DNA of 64,000 nucleotides, taken from assembly GCA_963771355.1 (NCBI GenBank), contig CAVYTA010000004.1, positions 102,477-166,476 of the forward strand, given 5' to 3'. A program made the position numbers and the translations under genes. Below are positions 57,367-64,000 of the stretch, piece after piece; position 1 is the first letter of the stretch; the number at the start of each line of letters is the position of its first letter. The notes under the pieces were generated by a model. That model did no database searches. It saw only the letters and a list, made by a program, of their open reading frames with translations, and had not been told where the DNA came from. This DNA is from an uncultured Candidatus Rokubacteria bacterium (GTDB lineage Bacteria > Methylomirabilota > Methylomirabilia > Rokubacteriales > CSP1-6).

Positions 57367-57939
57367 TCACCCGCGGCCGGCGGCCAGCGGCGGCGGGCCG
57401 AGGCGATCGCGCGGGTGCCCGGCCATGGTGAGCAGCGTGTCCACGAGGTCGCCCAGCGCGGAGACGGCGTCGGCGTCGGCCAGGCGGCCGTCCTTGAAGT
57501 GGGCAGACTCGAGATAGACGCTGGTGGGCGCCACCAGGGCGCCGAACCAGGCGAGCACCGCGCGGAGGTGCCAGTCCACGCCGAGATAGTGATGGGACGA
57601 GGCGCCCATGGCCACGATGCCGATGGGCTTGGCACGGAGCGTCTCCAGCGGCGTGAGGTCGAGGAGATTCTTGAGCGCGCCGGTGAAGGAGGCGCGATAC
57701 ACGGGGCTCGCGAGCAGCACCGCGTCGGCCTCGGCGAGCGCGGCCACGATCTTGGCGGTGTCGTCGTCGAGGCGGTCCGGCGGACGGCCGTCGGCGAAGC
57801 CGAGCCGGAAGTCGGCGAGGCTCAGCAGCGAGGCCGAGACCCCGGCCCGGGCCGCGGCCCCGTCCACCGCCGTCCGGATGGCGGCATGGAGCCGCCCGGG
57901 CGGCGTCACCGCGCCTACCACCGCCGCGAGCCGGAGCAT
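57367..57939 (-). CDS. NADPH-dependent FMN reductase (SsuE-like)
   Basis: LLASPVYRASFTGALKNLLDL parallels E. coli SsuE ATPVYKAAYSGALKTLLDLL. 190 aa. Confidence 0.75.
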   Translation of the reverse strand: MLRLAAVVGAVTPPGRLHAAIRTAVDGAAARAGVSASLLSLADFRLGFADGRPPDRLDDDTAKIVAALAEADAVLLASPVYRASFTGALKNLLDLTPLETLRAKPIGIVAMGASSHHYLGVDWHLRAVLAWFGALVAPTSVYLESAHFKDGRLADADAVSALGDLVDTLLTMAGHPRDRLGPPPLAAGRG

Positions 57940-57943
57940 CGGC

Positions 57944-59029
57944 TCAGGCCGCCGCGCGGTCGTGGTCGCGGCGCGCCACCGCGGCGCGCACGCGCGGGAT
58001 CAGCTCGCGGCCGTACTCCTCCGCGTCCTTGAGGGGGTCGAAGCCGCGGATGAGGAGGGTGGTGACGCCGAGGTCGTAGTAGTCGAGGAGGGACTCGGCC
58101 ACCTGCTCGGGCGTGCCCACCAGCGCGGTGGTATTGCCCGCGCCGCCCACCGCCGCCGCGATGGGCGTCCAGAGCCGCTTGTCGTGCAGCTCGCCCTGGC
58201 GCGCGAACTCCACCAGCCGCTGCGCGCCCACCGCCTCCGGCAGGGGCAAGGTGCGGTCGCCCTGCTTGGCCCGCACGGTGGCGAGAATGCCGCGCGCCTT
58301 GTCCCAGGCGGCGTCCTCGGTGGGCGCGATGATGGGCCGCAGCGAGACGCTGACCCGCGGCTCGCGCCCCACCCGCGCGCCCGCCGCGCGCACCTCGGCG
58401 ACGCGCTGGCGGATGGCGGCCAGCGGCTCGCCCCACAGCATGTAGACGTCGCAGTGCTTGGCGCCGATGGCGTGCGCGGCCTCCGAGGCGCCGCCGAAGT
58501 AGAGCGGGATGTGCGGCTTCTGGACGGGCTTGATCTCCGAGAAGGCCTTGGCCACGCGATAGAACTCGCCCTCGAAGTCGAAGGGCTGCTCCTCGGTCCA
58601 CGTGCGGCGCAGCAGGGCCAGATACTCGTCGGTGCGGCGATAGCGCGTGTCGTGGTCGAGCCAGTCGCCGTCCTTGGCCTGGTCGAGGTCGCTGCCGCCG
58701 GTGATGATGTGGAGCGAGACGCGCCCTCCGGTGAACTGGTCCAGGGTGGCGGCCTTGCGCGCGGCCAGGGTGGGGGCCACGAAGCCCGGCCGGTGGGCGA
58801 TGAGATAGCCCAGCCGCTCGGTGTGGGCGGCGGCGTGGCTGGCGACGAGAAAGCCCTCGGCGGCGGTGGAGGTGTAGCCCACCAGCACCTTGTCGAAGCC
58901 CGCGCGCTCGTGAGCGCGGGAGAAGTCCCGCACCCAGGCGGCATCGATCTCGCCGCCGATGACGTGGACGGCGGCGCCGTCGGCGCCTTCCGGCCGCACG
59001 CCGATCATGCCGATGACCTCGATGGGCAT
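57944..59029 (-). CDS. LLM-class FMNH2-dependent monooxygenase (SsuD/alkanesulfonate monooxygenase-like)
   Basis: LIAHRPGFVAPTLAARKAATLDQFTGGRVSLHIITGGSDLDQAKDGDWLDHDTRYRRTDEYL parallels SsuD [61 protein letters not shown]. Confidence 0.85.
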   Translation of the reverse strand: MPIEVIGMIGVRPEGADGAAVHVIGGEIDAAWVRDFSRAHERAGFDKVLVGYTSTAAEGFLVASHAAAHTERLGYLIAHRPGFVAPTLAARKAATLDQFTGGRVSLHIITGGSDLDQAKDGDWLDHDTRYRRTDEYLALLRRTWTEEQPFDFEGEFYRVAKAFSEIKPVQKPHIPLYFGGASEAAHAIGAKHCDVYMLWGEPLAAIRQRVAEVRAAGARVGREPRVSVSLRPIIAPTEDAAWDKARGILATVRAKQGDRTLPLPEAVGAQRLVEFARQGELHDKRLWTPIAAAVGGAGNTTALVGTPEQVAESLLDYYDLGVTTLLIRGFDPLKDAEEYGRELIPRVRAAVARRDHDRAAA

Positions 59030-59038
59030 GGAGCGATC

Positions 59039-60265
59039 CTAGCGCGCGGCGATGCGCTCCGCCAGATGCTGGGCATCCTCGCCGACGCCGCAGAGGACGG
59101 ACGACTTGAGCTTGTGCAGCCACGGCAGGCCGAGGAAGTAGAGGCCCGCGCAGGGGGACACGCCGCGCCGGTGCCGAGGCTCACCGGCGGTGTCGAAGGC
59201 GGGCAGGTCGATCCAGCCGAAGTCCGCGCGAAAGCCCGTGGCCCAGACCACGCTGGTGACGCCGGCCGCGCGCAGGTCGAGGAGGGGAGGCGAGGTGACG
59301 CGGCGGGTAGCGGCCGGCGCCGCGGGGTCCGTGTGCGCGGGCGGCGGCTCGAGCCCCGCGCGCCGCGCGTAGTCGTCCGCGGAAGTGCGGAACGCGGTCC
59401 ACCCCTCGTCGCCCTTCGCGAGCTGCGCGTCGAGGTCGTCGTCGAAGTGGAGGCGTCCGTCGGCGCCGCCCCGCAGATGCCCCAGCAGGACCACGCCGCG
59501 GGCGGCATAGGCGCGGATGTCGATGTCGTGGCCACCGCTCGCGCCGGTGACGAGCGGGTTGGGGGTCTGGCGCGCTTCGGGGCGCTCGGCGATCGTCTGG
59601 TCCAGCCCGCCCATCTCGCGGATCCACCAGAAGACGTCGCGGCCGCGGTAGCGCCGCGGCACGCGCCGGTGCCGCCCCACCGACAGGTAGACGGGGCGGC
59701 CGGCGCCCAGCAGATCCTCGACGATCTGGCAGCCGGAGGCGCCCGAGCCGACCACGAGCACCCCGCCCGGCGGCAGCGCGCCGGGGTTCCGGTAGCGGCT
59801 CGAGTGGACCTGGACGATCTCCGGCGGCAGCGCGGCCGCCGCCGCTGGCCGCACGGGCTCTTGATAGGGGCCGGTGGCGGCCACCACGTGGGCGGCCTCG
59901 TACGCGAGGCCATCCGTCACCACGCGGAGCCGCGGGGAGCCGGGTTTGCGCCGCACCGCGCGGACGGTCACGCCGGTCCGCAGGGGCGCCCGGATGAGGT
60001 CGCGGTACTCGTCGAGGAAGCGGACCACCTCGTCCCGCGGGGCGAAGCCCTCGGGATCGCCGCCGCGATACGCGTGCCCGGGCAGCTCGATGCTCCACGA
60101 GGGGAACTGGAAGGTGAGCGAGTCCCAGCGCTCACTGCGCCAGCGCTCGGCCACGCGCCCGCGTTCGAGGATGACGTGCTCGCGGCCGAGCGCGCGAAGG
60201 TGATAGCTCAGCGCGAGGCCGGCCTGGCCACCGCCGACGATGACGGTCTCGATCGACTCGCTCAC
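59039..60265 (-). CDS. Flavin-containing monooxygenase / NAD(P)/FAD-dependent oxidoreductase (COG2072-like)
   Basis: GTG start. Two dinucleotide motifs, VIVGGGQAGL and VLVVGSGASG, plus ATG(F/Y) near the C-terminus (VVWATGF). Confidence 0.75.
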   Translation of the reverse strand: MSESIETVIVGGGQAGLALSYHLRALGREHVILERGRVAERWRSERWDSLTFQFPSWSIELPGHAYRGGDPEGFAPRDEVVRFLDEYRDLIRAPLRTGVTVRAVRRKPGSPRLRVVTDGLAYEAAHVVAATGPYQEPVRPAAAAALPPEIVQVHSSRYRNPGALPPGGVLVVGSGASGCQIVEDLLGAGRPVYLSVGRHRRVPRRYRGRDVFWWIREMGGLDQTIAERPEARQTPNPLVTGASGGHDIDIRAYAARGVVLLGHLRGGADGRLHFDDDLDAQLAKGDEGWTAFRTSADDYARRAGLEPPPAHTDPAAPAATRRVTSPPLLDLRAAGVTSVVWATGFRADFGWIDLPAFDTAGEPRHRRGVSPCAGLYFLGLPWLHKLKSSVLCGVGEDAQHLAERIAAR

Positions 60266-60284
60266 GGCGGGATGGTAGCGCGAA

Positions 60285-61010
60285 TTGCTTCCCTCGCGCG
60301 GAGCGCGGGTCTATGGTGGGGCGGTGCGCGCCATCCCGCCGCCGCTCGCCCTCGGCCTCCTCCTCCTGACGGCGGGGTCCGCCTGGGCCCAGGGCAGCGA
60401 GGTTCCCATCAACGCGAGCCACCGGATCTTCGTCGCGGAGTACGTGGCCGCGGTGAACGCCCGCGACGCGGAGCGATTCCGCCGCCTCGTGCATCCGCAG
60501 TCGCTCGCCTGCATCACCGACGACAACCGCGACTTCTACGACGAGTGGGTGGCGCGCGCCTTCCGCCGCACGTTGCCCGACACCTACCGCCTCCAGAGCG
60601 TGCGGGCGCTGGGGCCGAATGCGCCGCCCATGGTGCCGGCTCACATGGCGATCAATCCGGTCCCGCCCACCCACACGATCCAGATCGACGCGCAGCCCGC
60701 TCCCTACCGTTTCGTCACCATCCTGCTCCAGGTGACGCAGAGCGCGGGCACCTGGCTCCAGGTGATGCCCTGTCCCACCGCGGAGGGCCTCGCCGCCTTC
60801 CGCGCGGCCAAGAAGGCGAACGCCGCGCAGGACGCGCGCGTGAAGACGCTGGCCGACGGTCTTCCTGATTCCCTCCGATCCGAGATCACGGCGCTCATGA
60901 AGGCGGGGAAGAAGGCCGACGCCATCAAGCGCTATCAAGCGGCCAGCGGCGAGAGTCTCACCGTCGCGACGGGCGTGGTGGATCGGCTGGAAGCCGGCGG
61001 CGGCCCCTAG
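60285..61010 (+). CDS. Exported hypothetical protein with L7/L12-C-terminal-like tail
   Basis: Signal peptide (V)RAIPPPLALGLLLLTAGSAWA/QG, with a likely start at GTG 60324. The tail EITALMKAGKKADAIKRYQAASGESLTVATGVVDRLE resembles the ribosomal L7/L12 CTD-like module. Confidence 0.5.
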   Translation: MLPSRGARVYGGAVRAIPPPLALGLLLLTAGSAWAQGSEVPINASHRIFVAEYVAAVNARDAERFRRLVHPQSLACITDDNRDFYDEWVARAFRRTLPDTYRLQSVRALGPNAPPMVPAHMAINPVPPTHTIQIDAQPAPYRFVTILLQVTQSAGTWLQVMPCPTAEGLAAFRAAKKANAAQDARVKTLADGLPDSLRSEITALMKAGKKADAIKRYQAASGESLTVATGVVDRLEAGGGP

Positions 61011-61011
61011 C

Positions 61012-62067
61012 TCAGGGCGCGGCGGCCGGGAGAGCCACCGTGCTCCCGGTGGCGCTGGCGCGCAGCGCCGCGGCCAGGATCTCCTGCACGTCGCGCCCTA
61101 CCTCGGGCGCGCAGAGGCCTTCGATGGGCCGCCCGTCCCGCACGCGCGTGAGGAAGTAGGTCACGCCGTCCTTCTCGTCCGGCGGCAGCGCGGGGGCGTC
61201 CAGCGTCTCGCTGCCGTCCCCGGTCACCCGCTGCACTCGCCCCGGCCCGGGCCGGTCGCCCTCGCGAATCGGCCGCGGCTGATGCACGATCAAGGTCCCC
61301 GCGTCCCCGTAGACCACCATGGCAAAGGCGGGCTCCCCGCCGATCTGGGTCCAGGAGCCTTCGAGCACGGCGAGCGCGCGCGGATAGCGGAGGATGACGA
61401 CGGCATTGTCCTCGCTGGCGAGCCCGACCTTTCGGAGATGTGCGGCCACCGCGGTGACCGCCTGGGGCCGGCCGAGCAGAGTCCGGGCGAGGATGCCGCC
61501 ATAGCCGCAGTAGTCCACGAGCGCGCCGCTCCCGTTCCGGCGGGCGTCGTAGAGCCAGTCGCAGAACTGGGGCGAGCAGCCGAACTCGCGCGGCCCCGCG
61601 TGCCCGCCGCGGTGGGTGAGCTGCACCGGCTCCCCCACCGCCCCCGCGGCGGCCAGGGCCAGGCCATGGCGCAAGGCGGGCCGCCACACCGTGGGCCAGT
61701 TGACCATGAGCGGCTGGCCCGCGCGGCGCGCGGCCTGGAGTGCCGCCTCCGCGCCGGGCAGATCCGCCGCCATGGGTTTCTCGATCATGACGGGCAGCCC
61801 GCGCTCCAGGGCGCGCGCCGCCCACTCGGCGGAGCCGCGGTTGTCGGCGAAGCAGAGGATGGCGTCGAGATCGGTGCGCTCGAGGAGCGCCTCGTACGTG
61901 GGAAGCGCGGCCACGCCGCCGTGCTCGCGGCCGAGCCGCTCGCGGAGCCGCGCGTCCGGCTCCGCGATGGCCACGAGCACGCCGGGCTCGCCCGCGGCCA
62001 CCGCCGCGAGGTTGGCCCAGACGTGATCGTGGCTGAGCCCGAGGACGCCGACCCGCAGTCGGGCCAC
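61012..62067 (-). CDS. Gfo/Idh/MocA family oxidoreductase
   Basis: N-terminal Rossmann LRVGVLGLSHDH and the EKPMA motif (MIEKPMAAD). 351 aa. Confidence 0.8.
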   Translation of the reverse strand: MARLRVGVLGLSHDHVWANLAAVAAGEPGVLVAIAEPDARLRERLGREHGGVAALPTYEALLERTDLDAILCFADNRGSAEWAARALERGLPVMIEKPMAADLPGAEAALQAARRAGQPLMVNWPTVWRPALRHGLALAAAGAVGEPVQLTHRGGHAGPREFGCSPQFCDWLYDARRNGSGALVDYCGYGGILARTLLGRPQAVTAVAAHLRKVGLASEDNAVVILRYPRALAVLEGSWTQIGGEPAFAMVVYGDAGTLIVHQPRPIREGDRPGPGRVQRVTGDGSETLDAPALPPDEKDGVTYFLTRVRDGRPIEGLCAPEVGRDVQEILAAALRASATGSTVALPAAAP

Positions 62068-62083
62068 GGCGGGGGGAAGCGCC

Positions 62084-62587
62084 TTACAGCGCCTTCAGCA
62101 TGTTGTCGGCGTCGCTCACCTCGAACTTGCCGGGGGCCTCGACGTTGAGCGCCTTCACGGTGCCGTCCTCCACCAGCATCGAGTAGCGCTGGGACCGGAC
62201 GCCCATGCCGCGCGCGGTGAGATCCATCTCGAGGCCCAGCGCCTTGGTGAACACCGCGCTGCCGTCGGCCATCATGCGCACCTTGCCGCCGGCCTTCTGA
62301 TCCTTGGCCCAGGCGCCCATCACGAAGGCGTCGTTTACGGACACGCACCAGACCTCGTCCACCTTCTTGGCCCTCAGCTTGTCGTGGTTGGCCACGTAGC
62401 CGGGCACGTGCTTGGCGGAGCAGGTGGGGGTGAAGGCGCCGGGCAGGCCGAAGATCACCACCGTCTTGCCCTTGGTGAGGTCGGCCACGTTGAAGTTGTT
62501 GGGCCCGATGCTGCATCCGGGCTGCTCGGTCTCGATCATCTCGGTGAGGGTGCCGCCGGGCAGCTTGTCACCGACCTTGATCGCCAT
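62084..62587 (-). CDS. Peroxiredoxin (Prx5 subfamily)
   Basis: ATG after AAGGAGGA. FGLPGAFTPTCS peroxidatic Cys motif, 167 aa. The longer track ORF has an implausible N-terminal extension. Confidence 0.85.
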   Translation of the reverse strand: MAIKVGDKLPGGTLTEMIETEQPGCSIGPNNFNVADLTKGKTVVIFGLPGAFTPTCSAKHVPGYVANHDKLRAKKVDEVWCVSVNDAFVMGAWAKDQKAGGKVRMMADGSAVFTKALGLEMDLTARGMGVRSQRYSMLVEDGTVKALNVEAPGKFEVSDADNMLKAL

Positions 62588-62721
62588 GGGGATCCTCCTT
62601 GATGGTCTCGTGGGATGGAAAGGGGATGTGGAGCGCCCTGCGCGCCGCAAGCGGCATGGTACCACACGGGGCGCGCGCCGAGTTTCGGGGAGTCGGGCCG
62701 CTTCGTTTACACTGGAGCGGT

Positions 62722-64000
62722 ATGTCGGCGTCCTGGCTCGAGCCCCCCGATACCCGCGTGGCCCCGCGCCCCGCGGAGAGCGCCGTCGCGAGCCGTGCGG
62801 CCCTCGCCGAGGCGGCGGGCGGCGCCGCCACGCGCGCGGGCGGGGCGGTCCTGGCGCTCCAGAAGGGGGACGGGTACTGGTGCGGCGATCTTCTCGGCGA
62901 CACCACGCTCGAGTCCGACTACGTGCTGCTCCAGCTCTGGCTGCACCCGCCCGAGGACGGCGCCTGGCGGCCGCCCACCCGCGGCCGCATCGAGAAGACC
63001 CGCCGGGCCATCCTGGAGCGGCAGCTTCCCGACGGCGGCTTCAACGTCTATCCCGAGGGCCCCGCCGAGCTGAACGCCACCGTGAAGGCCTATGCCGCGC
63101 TCAAGCTGGCCGGCCTGCCCGCCGAGAGCGAGCCCCTCACGCGCGCGCGGGAGTGCGTCCTGCGCCTGGGCGGCATCCAGGAGACCAACAGTTACGTCCG
63201 CATCAACCTGAGCCTGTTCGGCCTCTACCCCCGTCGGCACGTGCCGACCATTCCCCCCGAGCTCGTGCTGCTGCCCGGGGGCCTCATCTACGAGATGTCG
63301 TCGTGGACCCGCGCCATCGTGGTGCCGCTGTCCATCGTCCAGGCGCGCGCGGGGCGGCGTCCCGTCCCCGCCGGGTTCGATCTGGACGAGCTGGCCGCGC
63401 CGCGCAAGAGCTTCCGGCTCCCGCGGCGCGACGGGCTCTCCGCCGTGTTCGGCCAGCTCGACACCGCGCTCAAGGTCTGGGAAAAGGGCGCGCCGGAGAT
63501 GATTCGCAAGTCGGCGCTGCGCGAGGCGGAGAAGTGGATGCTCGACCGCACCCGCCACAGCGACGGGCTCGGCGGCATCTATCCCTCGATGATGTACTTC
63601 ATCATGGCGCTGGAGTGCCTGGGCTACCCGCGCGACCATCCCGATCTCGTGGAGGCGATCCGCGTGTTCGAGGGCTTGCTGACCGAGACGGAGGACCAGG
63701 TCTACTTCCAGCCCTGCTTCTCGCCGGTCTGGGACACCGCGCTTGCCATGTTCGCGCTGGGCGAGTCGGGTGTTCCCGCGGCGGACGCCCAGCGCCGCGC
63801 TGCGGACTGGCTCATCGCGCGGGAGGTCCGGCGGCGCGGCGACTGGTCGGTGAAGCGGCCGGACCTCGAGCCCTCCGGCTGGGCCTTCGAGTTCAGCAAC
63901 GAGCACTACCCCGACATCGACGACACCGCCATGGTCTTGCTGGCGCTCGAGCACGCGCGCGCCTCCGACCTGGAGGCGCAGGCGCGCTGCGAGCGGCGGG
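62722..64000 (+). CDS. shc: Squalene-hopene cyclase, N-terminal approximately 426 aa (3' end lies outside the window)
   Basis: This ORF is not in the track because it has no stop inside the window. ATG 62722 follows GGAG. LQKGDGYWCGDL, QLPDGGFN, SDGLGGIYPSMMY, FQPCFSPVWDTALA, GWAFEF and the catalytic DIDDTA motif. Confidence 0.9.
   Translation, partial: MSASWLEPPDTRVAPRPAESAVASRAALAEAAGGAATRAGGAVLALQKGDGYWCGDLLGDTTLESDYVLLQLWLHPPEDGAWRPPTRGRIEKTRRAILERQLPDGGFNVYPEGPAELNATVKAYAALKLAGLPAESEPLTRARECVLRLGGIQETNSYVRINLSLFGLYPRRHVPTIPPELVLLPGGLIYEMSSWTRAIVVPLSIVQARAGRRPVPAGFDLDELAAPRKSFRLPRRDGLSAVFGQLDTALKVWEKGAPEMIRKSALREAEKWMLDRTRHSDGLGGIYPSMMYFIMALECLGYPRDHPDLVEAIRVFEGLLTETEDQVYFQPCFSPVWDTALAMFALGESGVPAADAQRRAADWLIAREVRRRGDWSVKRPDLEPSGWAFEFSNEHYPDIDDTAMVLLALEHARASDLEAQARCERR

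Noticed and set aside
57608-60868. 1086-aa plus-strand ORF
   Set aside because: It is antisense to four well-supported minus-strand genes (FMN reductase, LLM monooxygenase, FMO and part of the ADH). Its composition is dominated by R/A/G/P, with no recognisable motifs. It is a shadow ORF.

Overview
This window is about 70% GC bacterial chromosomal DNA. The gene content (SARP/AAA/TPR regulator, delta-60 repeat protein, hydrolase-cyclase fusion, many LLM/ACAD/SDR enzymes, hopanoid cyclase) suggests a soil lineage such as Methylomirabilota-like, Actinomycetota or Myxococcota. I cannot decide between these from sequence alone. I call about 62 protein genes or gene remnants and two tRNAs (Ala-GGC, Leu-CAA). 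I recognise no rRNA, CRISPR array, transposase, integrase or phage gene. Because of the GC content almost every real gene is shadowed by long antisense or out-of-frame ORFs in the supplied track. I kept only ORFs whose translations show family motifs or sensible composition, and I trimmed several starts to SD-preceded or translationally coupled start codons. Housekeeping genes: rho (3' end), asd, beta-carbonic anhydrase, treS-like GH13, NhaP-type antiporter, htpX, ppc, RidA, peroxiredoxin and shc (5' part). Accessory and signalling content: a SARP-AAA-TPR regulator divergent from a secreted delta-60/RTX/CARDB-like protein; three tandem paralogous small exported proteins next to a hydrolase-cyclase fusion; an orphan minor-pilin-like operon behind a sigma54-like promoter; two histidine-kinase modules; a HEAT-repeat protein coupled to an HD-GYP protein; a five-gene dpp/opp-type ABC operon riddled with frameshifts; a paired ACAD operon; an SPFH/zinc-ribbon (YdjI/YdjG-like) module; a PAS protein with a Cys-rich tail; and a tight FMO-SsuD-SsuE-ADH-PfkB operon. 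No single obvious named novel system stands out. The best candidates for undescribed biology are the triplicated exported protein family, the SARP-linked secreted-protein locus with 11-nt periodic heptamers, the HEAT/HD-GYP pair, the pilin-like operon and the desulfonation-plus-sugar-kinase operon. All functional calls rest on my own recognition of motifs, with no database search.
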